NCBI GenBank assembly: GCA_910592345.1
Contig: CAJVPI010000106.1
Coordinates: forward strand, 1 to 53,530
Reading direction: 5' to 3'
DNA length: 53,530 nt
DNA from: Paraglomus brasilianum
Lineage: Eukaryota
Shown here: positions 12,401-26,581 of the stretch, piece by piece
How the letters are laid out: every line of letters starts with the position of its first letter
Numbering within the stretch: the stretch's first letter is position 1
Made by a program: the position numbers and the translations under genes
The notes under the pieces: generated by a model
What the model saw: only the letters and a program-made list of their open reading frames with translations
What the model was told of the DNA's origin: nothing
The model's database searches: none

Positions 12401-15400
12401 TTCCGGAACCAGTAGTAACGGTTCTACGACGAATGTTTGAAAGGTAGGGCCTTGTTATTTATTATATAAATGTTTCATTATTTAATCAGATCGCACATTG
12501 ATATTCTCTCTCCCAAATCCACCTATCGCGTCCAGCGACTATCGCAAACGTCCAACAGCCTTGGAACTACTCCATGACCATTTCTTCAACGACGACCCAA
12601 TGGCAAGCCCTTTACCACTTTCATTCCTCACTTCTTCGAACGCAAATACCGCCACAACACTTGTCTCTCCACAAGAAATGACTTTACTTGGGAAGAGCCC
12701 CGTATATTTTTCATCAAGTCCGCCACATTCTCAAGCACAATGTACGACTTCAAGATATAAGAGCGATTTTGAGGAGATTACCTTTCTCGGAAGAGGTAAG
12801 AATCGGCCTTGAGATTGAGAATTGATAAAAAGATGCTTAAATAATATGCTTGCTTTGGTTAGGTGGATTTGGAGAAGTCGTAAAAGCACGAAACAAGCTT
12901 GATGGCCGGTACGTAATCTTACAACAAGTCAATATGTTGCTAACCCTGGGCAATGGCCGAAGCGAGTATACATGAGTTGCTTGATAAATTTCTTATGCTA
13001 TAAATCTTCTTTCTCTCAAATTGCTTGCATAATATATATTTAGGTTTTACGCCATAAAAAAAGTTAGATTAAATCCAAACGATTTTGAAAACATTCGTAA
13101 AATTTTACGTGAAGTAACTACTCTCTCAAGACTACATCATCAATTTGTTGTAAGATATTATACAACCTGGTTTGAAGGTAAGTTGATTTGAAGTTTATTG
13201 GGAGTCTCTTAGTCATAACACTATTTTTGCTTTCTTTTATTTCTCACTTACTCTTGTTTGCTATCATTCCACAGATTCTGATGGTCTTTATGAAGAACAC
13301 GCGTCCTTTGATTCTTCCGATGCCTCATCTCTTTCGTCTACCCACTCCTCATCTTCTGTTACAGACACGGCTTCTTCATCTGATCCCATACCTCCTACGA
13401 ATAATTTTGATTTCTTATCAACTTCAAAATCAAATAGTAGGAAAAGTTATAACATGATTCGATTCGGATATTCTAGTGAAGAAGATGAAGATGACGATTT
13501 CGAGGGCGGGGTAAAATCGGGAAAGGACGGAAATGGTACTAATGACAAAAATAATAACAACCATAATCGGAATAATGGGAATAATGGGAAAAGCACAAAT
13601 GATAAGAAGGCATCAAAAGAGAAAACTTGGATACTGTACATACAAATGGAATATTGTGAGAAAAAGACATTACACGATGTCATTGAAGAAGGCATTTCTG
13701 AAGAAGAAGGATGGAGGTGAGAGCGAAAGACATTTGTTGCCATTTGTGTGATATGTCTAAAATAATAACATTATTATCTAAAAATTGCATTAACAGATTA
13801 TTTCGGCAGATTGTGGAAGGTCTGGTTCACATTCACAGTCAAGTAAGGCTCAAGCTAATATCAGTTATTTTTATTTCATATTACATGATTTAAATTCTTA
13901 TCAGACTACTTGTTTACAATTATAGGGAATGGTATGTCAGTCGTAGACTTTTCGTCCGCTCAACTTTTTATGTCAGTATTATCCACTAACAGGCTTACGC
14001 ACTCTTTTCACGCGCCCATTCTGATATGGGCGGACGTCTTGCGCATATATATTATTCACTGAACACATCTCACAGATTCACCGCGACTTGAAACCGAGTA
14101 ATATTTTTCTCGATGCCAACGGTGATGTGAAAATTGGTGATTTTGGGCTTGCAACCACGAATGCTCCACTTATAGATATAACGGCGCCTCAAGTTCAAAA
14201 CTACCAGTCCTATGAATACGCTCCAGCGCAGGATGAGTCTTTGACTGCTGGAGTTGGCACAGCTCTTTACGTTTCTCCCGAAATCGCCGCCAATTCCCAC
14301 AACCTTTCTCGCTATAACGCGAAGGTTGACATATATTCCCTTGGCATTATCTTTTTCGAAATCTGTTATAATTTTTCTACAGAAATGGAAAGAAGAAAGA
14401 CTATTATGGATTTGAGGAGGACAGAGATAGAGTTTCCAAAAGAATTTCCGTGCGAAAAGTTAAAAAACCAAGAAGCTATCATTAGATGGTGTTTACAACA
14501 TAATCCAAAAGATAGACCAACGAGCATGGAGTTGCTGCGAAGTGAATACATGCCGCCAAAAATGGAGGATGAATATATTCAAGAGAGCGTGAGGACTATT
14601 GGTGAGTAAGCAGTTGAGGATTCTCACTCACGTGCATTCTTCTTATTCACCGATCTATTTGTTCACTAACTCACCACTCACCCACTCATCCACTCACCCA
14701 CTCACCCACTCACCCACTCATCCACTCACCCACTCACCCACCCACCCACTCATCTCATACAAATCCCTTCCAACATTTCAACCAGCTAACCCGAACAACC
14801 CATATTATCAGAAACTGATGACAGCCCTTTTCACACAACAAAGTGACAAGCACAAGGACTATACCTATGATTATAATTCTGGGCATTCCAACTTTGCTGC
14901 ATATAACGAACTAACTTATAGCAAAGTTCGAGATCACATGGTCAAAATATTCCGCCGTCATGGAGCAATCGAGTTGAATGCACCGCTATTGATGCCAAAG
15001 ACAGATTTGTACAAAGAGGATAGAGAAGCGGTATATTTACTTGATGCGGAAGGCGCAATAATTCAACTACCGTTTGATTTGACTGTACCATTTGCCAGAT
15101 ATATTGGAAGGCATAATATAACAGACATTAAGAGATACGTGTTTGGGAAAGTATACAGAACGAATCCAGTCGGAGGTCAACCAAGAGTCTTTGCCGAAGT
15201 TGATTTCGATATTGTACATAGCACCAGCAGTTGTTCAATGATACCCGAAGCCGAGGTTCTCAAAGTTGTCGATGAAATTATTGAAGAGTTCCCACTGTTG
15301 AATGCGGGGGATTATTGTTTCTATGTCACACATGCAAACATTGTAGACGCAATCTTTGACTGTTGTCGAGTACCTTGTGACATTAGAAGAGGGGTTTGCA

Positions 15401-17523
15401 GCGTGTTAAGCAAGCTTGGAAAAGTATCAGCAGGGCAGATTAGAAAGCAGTTGATGGTGGAGTATCAATTGCCAAGGAGCATTTGTGACGAGTTGGAGTT
15501 GTTCGATTTTAGAGGTATGTGGTATTATAATTATAGATGCCACTTTGTATGTAGTAATAAAGCAGAATGACCGTTTTGTCCGTTCGATTACATTAATCTT
15601 GTTCGCATTTTAATAGGTGAATTAGAAACGGTCTACAAGAAAATCGAAAAGTTAGTACCTGTAGAGCCAATGAGAACTCGAATAAAAGATGCGGTTCGCG
15701 AGTTAAAAACGTTATCAGCATATTTGAAAGATCTTGGCGTCCATAGACAGCTCGTGTTTGTTCCTTTGTTAATGTAAGTTATCAATTTTTGTGTGTGTGC
15801 GCGTCAGAGAGACACAGTTAACTGATTTTTATCCGCTACCTTGTCATAAATTTGTGACAGTCACAACCATCACTATTACAAAAACGGCATTATTTTTCAA
15901 GTGCTTCAAGACAACAACAGGAAAGATGAATCCATACTTGCCGCCGGTGGCCGTTACGACTCGCTCATTCAACAGTTTCGTTATCCAATTGGATTTGCTG
16001 GGGGTATAACTGGGAGGAAACAGATTTATGCTATTGGAGTAAACATCGCCGTCCAGAAGATTATTAATGCTTGTGTGCATCACCAAGCTTGTTTTAGTAA
16101 AAGTTCGGCAGGGAAAAACGTGGACGAAGAGAAGAGTTACGGCATTTGGATGCCTAAGAAGGTGAGATTGTTTGGATGAAGGAAGAGCTTGGGTTGGGAT
16201 AGAGGGTGACCGCAGACAGAAGAAACGCGTAAGAGATAAATTCGAGAATCAAATTGACGAAATTGTCAATGCGTTTATACATATTACGATAAATTTGCAA
16301 AAGACTCACTGCACAAATTCACGCATGCTTTACACATAATTTCCCCTCCCTGCATTAGTGCGACATTTATATAGCTAGCTTTGGCAAAGTACAACTTGCT
16401 GAACGCCTTGAAGTTGTCCGTGAACTCTGGTCTCACAACATCAGAGCAGACTTTATGTATGAAGATGGAGCTTATTTAACACCAGAAATGCTAATTCATA
16501 ATTGTCGACACCAAGGAATCAACTGGATTGCGATCTTGAGGCACAAGTCACAAGATCATTATAATAAATCCGGGAATTCACGCGATAGTGGAATTAGCGT
16601 GAAGGTGAAGAATGTGTTAAGAAAAACGGAAGTCGAAGGTTTGTCATGTAACATATGTAATGATGACATATAAGGCTATAAAACCTGGAGGCATTTGGCA
16701 AGTGATTAATTTCTTTTATTACGTATATTAGTACCCCGATCCGAGTTGTGTATGTATTTGAGTTCGGAGATTCAGGATCAGATGAGGATTGACCAAATAT
16801 CCGGTGCTAGAATGCATAGGCATCATTCTATATCGCAGTCAGATCAGCGTACGTTAAAGTTGTCATTTTAAACGGTTTATTGTTTATAACGAACTAGGGT
16901 TAATGGTCATAATTGTCTATTAGTGTTATTATCAGACTTTATACCAGCGAATCAATCAACGTCAATAGAATCTTCAGCTCATTATTCGAATCTTCCAGTT
17001 ACTATTGTTTCATTGCAATCTAATAAGAAGATGAAACATAAGCAGAAGCAATTGCTTATTGATAAAGGTGTGTGGTTGAATGGAGAAATTAAGGAAAATG
17101 CTTGTATGATATTAAACAAACTAACACCTTTTTGTATTTATAGCTCATTTGAATATAAATACTATAATAGATGATATTAAGTCTGGCAATGTGCCTATTA
17201 TGGCACTCGATATAAATAAGGAATTACTCAAGAAACTATCTAATTGTTACGTCTTAGAAGATGACTCGTTTAAAAAGGGTGAATATATATTGACGATAAT
17301 ATGTTACAAACACTAGTATTATTCATTTTTAACACCTACCAATTGCGACCCTATTCCATTTATCACACACGTTTTAGTTCTCGATGCAGTGCCAGCCAAT
17401 TATCGCGAATATATGATACAGATAAGAGATGTTTTGAAGAAACATCACAAGCATGGTCATAAGCATGTGTGGTTATACTCACACAAGGATGATTATGGAT
17501 TAATATATCAGCTTCAATCATAG
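9416..17523 (+). CDS. GCN2: eIF2-alpha kinase GCN2 (multi-exon, about 25 exons)
   Basis: RWD domain (ELQDNEVEALKAIF...FPKTYP), pseudokinase, kinase (SRYKSDFEEITFLGRGGFGEVVKARN, YIQMEYC, IHRDLKPSNIF, DFGLA, GVGTALYVSPE), HisRS-like domain (LPFDLTVPFAR, EVDFDI, AAGGRYDSL) and C-terminal domain. Start inferred at ATG 9416 (MRSTNG...), stop TAG at 17521-17523. Confidence 0.95.
14668..14755. repeat. Intronic 8-bp microsatellite (CACTCACC)n in GCN2
   Basis: Tandem CACTCACC/CACTCATC units inside the intron starting GTGAGT at ~14602. It explains the THSP repeats in ORF 14599-15570. Confidence 0.85.
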
Positions 17524-17905
17524 TTAATTGGGATTAATAATTTTGGTGGGGAGATCATGTATATTGTATTTTTTATAGTTTTTTTAATGTTTCAGGTTTT
17601 TTACGTGAAAATTTCATAGCCAATTCCTTTTGGAATATCCTTGCCTAAATAAATTACAAAACTGGCAAATTAAATTATCACAGTTCCCGAGGGGATATGG
17701 AGAAATAAAAGATCACTTATAATTCGTTATATTCTCGATTGTGAACGTTTTCAATCTTATTGAATACGTTCGAGAAAAAGAAATGTTATTTCATCAAAAG
17801 ACCCTATGATTACATGCGCATAGTGTAGAGGATTAGTATGAGTTATTATTAGGCGCAATTAACTAATAGCATTGATGACAGTTTTAGTTGAAGACTTCCT
17901 TCTTG

Positions 17906-18284
17906 TTAGTAAATGTACATTCTATCAATATGGATATATGGGGCATGACGTCGTATGACTCTTTCACTATTAAAGTTATTCCTGCGGTAACTAAGGTTTT
18001 GGCTAATTCTTTTTTTTTTTTTTTCGTGTAATGTTCTATTTTTATAGTAAGCCTTGGTATCCTTCTCCAGTTCATCATCAATATCTTCTCCACCATTTGC
18101 CAGTCTTTCTGTTTCATCCATCCATCGATTTTCTAACTTTCTTCAAGAAATCGCGTCGAGTAAAATCTTCAACAAAAGGCATACGTCACTCAATTTCTCA
18201 CTCACTTTGTTGCCCCGTCATGAGAAATGCCAAGATAATTAGTCACACGGAGCACGGATCGCCTGCCAAGGCTTGTACAAAAAT
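17906..18284 (-). other. Possible exons of a small unknown gene or pseudogene
   Basis: A plausible splice gives HFCTSLGRRSVLRVTNYLGISHDGATK|NRWMDETERLANGGEDIDDELEK (GTGAGT donor, TTAG acceptor). No start exon or family was recognised. Confidence 0.25.
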
Positions 18285-19974
18285 GCTATCGCTATGTGAA
18301 CTGGAGCATTTAAATCACCTTCTAGGAAACAGGGTCTAGACATCTGCGAAATCTAAGCGGTAACGCAATACTAGCTTGCAACATTAGCAATTTATATCCT
18401 TCCCCGTCCGCCAAGTGAATCCAGAGTCGTCTTGAGAATATGTTTCTTTTAAACAAATCAAAAATCACAAACCCACCATTATTCCCCTTGTACGCACAAG
18501 CACAAATATATAACCTCTACACACAATTTACATTATTAACGACCAAACTACTAATCTTTATTGGCAAGTAAACCAATGAAAAGTGAGCGTTAGTAATGAG
18601 TTTTGCGTATTCGTCCCGATTTTGTTGAGAGGCGACAACTGGTGTATAAATGCCTGTCCGTAGTGAGCCGTGCAAATTCCATGACAAAATCTGGATTTCA
18701 TTTTTAACCCAATTACTCTGATCATTATCAGAATTCGCCGAATTCTTAATTCACCGAGTCGTGAATCGAGACACAAGATCTTATCCAACCATGCACAGTC
18801 TTTGCTCTTGCTGAGTCACATTTTTTAAATAAGGTTTTTTAGATCACAATAAAAGGAGAAATATCTATATCTATCGGTAAAATCATTCGTCAAATCGCTA
18901 ATCTCACATTATTCCCTGCATTTACAAAGGAACCTACAAGCATTCGTCAGAAAACCCAATTCATACTAGCATCATATTAGACAGGAGAACTTTTGTTCAA
19001 CTGCAGATCTGTAGACATTTCCCAAACTTTAGTCTTTAAACACCCATTGTAATTGGTACTTATTATTGCTCTACCATAAATGGTCGTTGATCATCCAAAT
19101 AAATCTTCATTGATGCAATTACTGCAGGTATGACGCAGACAGCTCTCACATCATTCCGTGAATTCAACGGCTGATTTATAGAAGACAACCAACGATTAAT
19201 GATCTTGGTCGCCGACATGCAAGCTTGTGTGCCTAGATTCTGATTCATACCTGCTGAAACTAACCTTTATCGTTATCAAAGGAGAATTAACATATCGTGC
19301 ATTAACAATGGAGGTAATGTTTATTTCTTTGAAAACCAATCAAATGAGCGCCGAATAAGTGCTTAAAATAAAGTCGATTCATTGGTGTTTTTGTGCTATC
19401 GATGTTAGAACTAATAGACGCAGAGCGAAGATCGGTATCCATTTAGTTATAATGCGGCATTGTTTACATATCTTTAGAATAAAGCTTGCTATAATGGTTG
19501 TAGTATAAAATGTTTGGTGGATATGCAATAATATTAAACACCATTCTTTTGCTTGCTTTCATTTCATTTGTCCATATTATTATGAATTGATTAAATTATG
19601 ACAAGACCTGGCTGTCTATGTCAAGCGGATGATAACGTCGAAAGAGAAAATAAATTGACCTCTACGTTTTCATTTTTAACACAGATGGAGGAGATAGAAT
19701 TATTATAGCCACATTCGGTTAATGGTAAAGCCATTGCAGTAGACGCACATCACTCCCATTATACATGCACGCTTATGCACTGCTATCACGAACAATGTAA
19801 ACATCATACGGTTGACAAATTGATTCGATCGCCAAAGACAACGTCCTTAAATTGTCATAATGGGTACGTCATTAGCGGTCACCACAGCTGTTGTGTTTGT
19901 AAAATCATTCAATTATAAATACCCAAGAGTCTTATAGTGAAGAGGAAAAGAAAGGAATAGCTTGCCACGGTCCA

Positions 19975-21288
19975 ATGAAGCCAATGACTTCGCCCAGAGC
20001 GTGTTCTTCTAACGATCTGTCTTCTATAACGACTCCCACATCTACGGTGCTTACTCCCGCCGAATATAATCTTGTACAATATCCACCTTACCATCACAAT
20101 GTCCCTCTCAATACTCTTCTGGATTGTCGTACCCGAAAAAGGTCTCCTCCCCGCGCAAAAAATTTATGGCTTATTTTCCGAATAGCTTTCGCAAGCAATC
20201 TGCGTGCCAAATTCCCCGAAAGATCTTATAATCTTAAAGAAATATCAAAGATGGCTAGTGAAGACTGGAAACGTCAGCCCTTTACGGTAAAGCGTTACTT
20301 TAACGCACTTTCCAAGTTGGCTTTGCAGCGTCATAAAATTATACATCCCGAATATACTTACAAGCCGAGAGGGAGAAGGCAGAAAAAGAAGTCCCAATTA
20401 TTGTTCATCGAGGTAAACGAAGATAAGATCATGACGCGTAGGAACTATAATAAGAACGCAAACAAAAAGCAAGAGAGCAGAAAAGACGAATGTGGTGAAT
20501 TTTGCAGTAGAGAGGTTGAGAATGAGTGTGGGTATGTGGAAGATATCAGTGAGCAATGTCAATCAGAGGCGAGTCAAGCTATTGCTGAGCAATATCCCGT
20601 AGATCAGGTTATATCTGAGCAATGTTGGTCAATGGATGATGTTATCTCTGAGGCTTATCAGACAGTAGATCAGGTCATCTCTGAGTCGTGTCAGCCAGTG
20701 GATCAGGCCACCTCTGGGTCGTATCAGCCAGTGGATCAGGTCATCTCTGGGTCGTATCAGACAGTGGATCAGGTAATTTTTGAGCCGTATCAGGCAATAA
20801 ATCATTCGGTCGCTGAGCGGTATCCGGTGGATCAGCTTGAATTTCCAATGAACCACGTTATCGCCGAGCAGTCTCCTTTGAGTCAAATTACAGCTGAACA
20901 GTATCCAGCAAATCAGGCCATAGTTGGACACTATCCAGTGAATTATGATATTGCTGAGCAATACCAGTCAGACGTGAATCAAATTATAGTTGAGCAACAC
21001 CCAGTGTATCAGTTTATGGCTGATCAGTATCGGTCGGAAATGGATCAGACTGTACTTAAGCAATATCTACTGGGCCATGATCAATATCCGGTGGATAAGC
21101 TTATACTTGAACGATTTCCAATGGATCAGGTAATGGCTGAGAAACAATCTATTGTAGAACAATATCTGCTTGATCAGGTTCTCGCCGAGTATCCAGTGGA
21201 TGGGCTTGTACTGCGACAATATCCTGTGGATCACACTTTAGAATCGCAGAATGAGTTATACGATCAGGTAATCAATCGGATCAGGTGA
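19975..21288 (+). CDS. MATA-type HMG-box transcription factor with C-terminal ~11-aa QYPVDQVIxE repeats
   Basis: PPRAKNLWLIFR...EISKMASEDWKRQPFTVKRYFNALSKLALQRHKIIHPEYTYKPR matches the MATA_HMG box signature. Intronless 437-aa ORF with TATAAATAC about 60 nt upstream. Confidence 0.9.
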   Translation: MKPMTSPRACSSNDLSSITTPTSTVLTPAEYNLVQYPPYHHNVPLNTLLDCRTRKRSPPRAKNLWLIFRIAFASNLRAKFPERSYNLKEISKMASEDWKRQPFTVKRYFNALSKLALQRHKIIHPEYTYKPRGRRQKKKSQLLFIEVNEDKIMTRRNYNKNANKKQESRKDECGEFCSREVENECGYVEDISEQCQSEASQAIAEQYPVDQVISEQCWSMDDVISEAYQTVDQVISESCQPVDQATSGSYQPVDQVISGSYQTVDQVIFEPYQAINHSVAERYPVDQLEFPMNHVIAEQSPLSQITAEQYPANQAIVGHYPVNYDIAEQYQSDVNQIIVEQHPVYQFMADQYRSEMDQTVLKQYLLGHDQYPVDKLILERFPMDQVMAEKQSIVEQYLLDQVLAEYPVDGLVLRQYPVDHTLESQNELYDQVINRIR

Positions 21289-24109
21289 TCTATCCCTTCA
21301 ATAATTGAAGTATGAGTATATATGATTGTATATATATGGCACCTCTATGGCAGAAGAGTTATTTATGATATGCATACACATTTGTTATCAAATAAGCCTT
21401 ATAGACACTTCTATTATTATACATAGTCTAGAGTATTATATTTACCTTTGTGATTGCAGCACATAAATTATATCATCAGGCGGCCAAATTGCATTCACAA
21501 TAACAAGCTACAAAATCAAACCCGAGGTATTATTTATAATACCTCTTGTTGATACGATTTTCATATATGCTCGTAACTAGCTATTAATAATGATAATGGA
21601 ATTTTGGTCTTCAGCCAATAGGAATGAGTACGTTTGGCAAATTCGATATGATTGGTTGGGTAACGGATATCTTAGATATATTTATTACTAGCCTTTCAAT
21701 TTTTTATGGCATAACTGCATCAATTAGAAAATATAAATTTCACAATGTAATGGAATTAATGTGACACCTTTTACATATCCTTTCTACATAGTGGCTCCCT
21801 TATACTGAAGACGAACAATCCGTCATTTCGTAGAAATTTATGGTAAATTAAATGTTCCGTTGAACCAAAGCTAACGTCTTGCACGAACGGCTTCGGTTTA
21901 ACGAGAATTTGCTAAAATCGATAAAGGTGGAATTACTGAAGAATATACAGTCAACTGAGATGCATTTACGCATTTTACTGATTCGCATATGTATTAGTAT
22001 GTTTGTTTAAGATGCTCAAATATTCATTTATTAAATGGCGATTTCTAAGCCGTTTGCATGCTATATAATGTAATTCACACTCCTACAATGACCGGGACAT
22101 TATTAAACGATTGCGGGAGAGCAATCCCTACTTTTAGTTAAATAAAGTGACAGCTTTGCTACTCACGACCTAGTGTTGATCGGTAGACACTAATCCGAGA
22201 TTATTAATTTGTTGTCCTCGAGTATGTCCACTATTCTCTTCCGATGGGATTATTTCGGAAGTCTATAGGTTGGGATGTAATCGTAGTTGTATAAAACGCG
22301 TTTCTTCTTAAGCAAATACTATAGGAATTATAGGTCTGGCTAATAAAGACCGCAAATAACCTGTTCGAATATAATAATAATAATTTTTTGTTTATTTTGT
22401 TTGATAAATATGCAGGTAGTGCATAATAATAACACATAATTTCGTATAGTATTATTTGATTTTGTCGTGACTCGTAATACGAATTACTAATTATGTAATT
22501 TTCGTCTTTACTTTATCGCTTCGCTTGTTAAGAATGTCTATGAAATCAAATTATTTACAATAAAATGAAATACTGTTTTGGCCGTGCAGCCGAATGGTAT
22601 ACTGTAAACCGTCCTCTCTTGATAAATGCACGATTAATTGTTTATACGTTAATCTGTGAGGGATTTATTAAATTACGTCGCGTTGAAGCCACAGATTATA
22701 TTGAATGGGAAACTTCAGGTATAAGAAAATCCGCAAATAGAGTCGACGATATTCTTGAACTTGCAAAATCGAGTGGACAATATAAGGTAGAAAAAGATAG
22801 CTTATGTTGGTACTGGTAATGTATTGTGCAGACGATAGAAATAGATGCCAACATCTGTGTGGACATGTGAACCAAATTGTGTGAATTACAACTTAACAAA
22901 CAATTTAAAGAATGATAATGATATGCATCGATGTTCAGTTAGAGTTTTCATATTCACGTTTATCTTATATAATTATTCTTGGGTTAAATTTCAAATGACA
23001 CAATGCACTTTCCGAATGTATTGCATTTCTAGCATAGGGAATACGGTCTTGGGATGGTTTGCAAAAAAACCATGTTTAATGTTCACAAAAAGAAGATGAA
23101 GAGACTTGTGATATCAAAGATGAACTATGCTTATGCGTCTGATATCATGTCGCAAATAAATATAAATCATAACGGTATCAGTGAAAACTGCGGATATATC
23201 ACGGCACCGCTGATTCTTTCCTACGAGAACTGATGAGCTCAAATGTTGTTTAAATTTACTTGTAGAAGATAAGTCAGAAAGGATGTTGGGTTAACAGGCA
23301 AACGTGGGAGGCTTTGATGCAAGTCCTGAGAAAGGGTACATACTTCCATGTTCTACGGCGGGGGATCAATGCTTTACGGATGATACCGGCATGCTCTGCA
23401 AACTTAGCTTTGTTAACGTTATTATTATAGGGGCAGGGCCTTTTATTTGAATCCCGAGAAGGGGGATCTATTTGCTTTATGGTGATCTGCATTTTTTTTT
23501 GACAAGAAACCAGTCAGAGACAAAGTTTCGTTATTCAGATCCGTTAAACTTTGATCATGCTTTGTAAAATTTACTTCATAATATTAATATCAATACATTG
23601 TAGTTAACATATGCAAGAAAGACAATGCATAGAGTCAGTCACACTGAATGTTCCTGAGCGCTAAACAACGGTAACACCACACCCATAACAACAATGAGCC
23701 GCAAGTTCGCAGTTAGAACAATTGCAAATAGCCGATTTTTGCTATTTATTACGGAATTATTTGATTGGTCGAAAATTCACACCCATGTATTTGATCACTT
23801 GATCATAAATAGTGATAGTTCATCGGGGAGTACTGGTGATGTGATATAAAATTTATTATATAACCGACCTTTTCCTCAGGCGGCAAAAGTAAGTTGGTTA
23901 CTGCTGAAGGTACAACTGAAGTAAAACTACTTCCCTGGGTGGCTTCCGTTATTTGTTATTGGAAATGTTGTTGTATTGTATTATTTGTTCTCTACCGATA
24001 CTTTGATGTAAGAATTCCCTAGCGACTAATAAGACATATTACGGAATAATTATTTCGTTATAAAATTATGGCGATTAATAAGCAGGGCATGAGAAGTATT
24101 CGGTTATTA

Positions 24110-24908
24110 CGTAGGGTGGCTGAAAAGTTCTGATCGTGGATTTTATCTTGACAAGTGCTGGTCTTGCCTAAAAATAACGACAAAGATTCAAAGCTTGAGG
24201 TTTTGAGGAACAAGTGAAAAAAAAGTTGGTGCGAGTTGACATGCTAGTTGTTGAGTAGCATTCATTTTTTCATGGTACACTAAAACAATTGGAAAAAAAA
24301 ACGATTTAAATATAAATTTCAAAAATTCATTTCCCTTGCAATCTTTTTTTGTCTAGAGATTTGCGATGTGACCATTGTCATAAATAAAAATCACGTGACG
24401 GAGATTTTGCAGACGATCTATGGTAACGATTACATTCCGATCGAATACTACGAATCCATGCGCTCTATGCAGTTCCTAAAGATTGTTTGAACAACGAAAG
24501 GGATCATGCAAATTGCTTAGAAATGTATGGAGATAGGAATTTATAAAGATTATATTCATAATGTTATAATACATATGAAGTGATTTGCAGTATTCTAAAA
24601 TCAAATGTCGGGTGTTTGAAACATTTGTTTGCAGACATTGAAATTTCGCAAGTCACGAGGGTTTGTCATGTGGCGTGTTCAGAGAAATTATCAATGTCGT
24701 TCCTAATTTTTATGACGAATTAGAAATTTCCATTCTTTCTAACCATGGTTATTTTCCAATTGTTTTAGGGTACCGTCGACAAATGTACAATTACCTGGTC
24801 AATTCATGCTTCTGCTGTCCACTGGAACCTCAGGCTTGCAACTATAGTCTTTGTTTTTAAATACGTTGAGATAAATGTCCACGATCAGAACTTTTCAGCC
24901 ACTCCACG
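24110..24908. mobile_element. ~800-bp non-autonomous TIR element (Tc1/mariner-like, TA flanks)
   Basis: Left TA-CGTAGGGTGGCTGAAAAGTTCTGATCGTGGA; right TCCACGATCAGAACTTTTCAGCCACTCCACG-TA. These are ~35-40 bp imperfect TIRs with no transposase ORF between them. Confidence 0.75.
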
Positions 24909-26581
24909 TATATTATTCTCTGAATTGACACTTTATAAGTTCTTCGCGATTAATAAGACAAGTAGCAGAGTATTCGTTTATCGACGCTTTGTCGTAACAT
25001 CTTGGCGACTAATAAGGAATGCATGAGAAGTGTTCAGTTTGGAAAGATTGCGATTATAAGACCTTATTTTAATACAGAAAAGGCGTTCGTGATAATAAAG
25101 ACACCGAGAGTTGTTAGAACGTTGATACTCGTAACATACAAAAGTTATTGTGAATCCATCATTATTGTAAATACCGTTATTGTGAATTTATCGTTATTCC
25201 GTTCAAGTTAAAATAATTATTTCGTCAATGAGGGGGAACCTATGCCAAAATGTTAGTAGAATATTGGAGCCATAGTGTGTGATAGAGACACGAAGCGAAA
25301 TCTTGATGAAAATCCAATCGGAGCATTACAGTGGAAAGAGAAATATTAATGTTGAGGCTGAAACTAAACCTTCATTAACGAGATAATATCTACGATATAA
25401 TATATAACGGGTATTAGATATTTTATATATGAGCGGCATTTCTTTGTCTGCTACGTTTTAGCAGGAACATCTGTTAAACCTGACCTTCGGTGATATATTA
25501 TTCGTCTTCGTCTGTGAACAAGTGTTTTACGAAACACGAATCATGAAAGATAATGGTCAGCGTAAAATCATTCGTCTAGCAAGAAGGAAACTATTCTCTA
25601 AAGAAATAATTAGTTATGATAATGTCCGATCTTAGAGATAGAAGGTTAAGAACACAAAAGAACAAATGCTATCGAGTTAAACATATGAAGGATCGCTATG
25701 GCTTGAGGATAACGCTGGCGAAGACTGCTCAATGGCACTAGCCACCATTCAAAACTATAATCAAAGTTCATGTATATTAATACCAAAAATAATAAAAATA
25801 TAAATATAATAGGATATACACCCTGTTACATTCGACTGAATTAGTCAATCAGTTCTCACGTGCCTTCCAATAAAGGTAAACTAATATTGTTCAATGAGTA
25901 ACTATAAAAAGTAACCTGCTTTAATAAGTATAAGCAGGTAACACCGTAACATAAATTTACGATAGACGAAAAACGTCATTATGATTGATTAGAGATGTGG
26001 CACTTGCATCAGAGAATGAGCATATCTTGTCTGGTTTTTTAGCTCATTCAATCTTGGCGATAGCATGATAGCATCGCCCTCTTGGGCTGGTCCAAGCTTG
26101 CGGTCTCTCGATTAAATTCAACTTAGCTATTGGGATTCTTTTTCTTTTACGCAGCTTGGGAATCCTTTGTTTAGCTTTATTTATTCATTCCATATGAAAA
26201 ACCTTAACGTCTAATTGGTGACATTGTTGGCTTGTATGACATCTGTCACATTGGGCACAGGCGATTACATACAAACTGTTTGGTTGATGCTTTCGGTCCG
26301 CTAATAATCCCTTCCCATCATTCTCTTTTCCTTATTTGAGTTTCGCTTTATAGCCACCTACGCCATTCCTTTCCTTCCTGATAGATATCCAGCAAAAAAC
26401 ACGCATCACATATACATCACATAATCTAAACACCCCTATCTTATACATATTGTCGGTCTATACCTATATATTAATATATTAATATATAGCAGACACCTCA
26501 CGTTCACATTCACTCGTCTTGTAATTTATAGTTCGCAATCCCTTCCCCCTTTTATAGAACAACAGAGTATAACAATTTCAA

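Noticed and set aside
21300..26500. Short ORFs in the long HMG-EFR3 intergenic region as a possible Ste3 receptor
   Set aside because: No multi-transmembrane coding pattern or consistent exon chain could be assembled.
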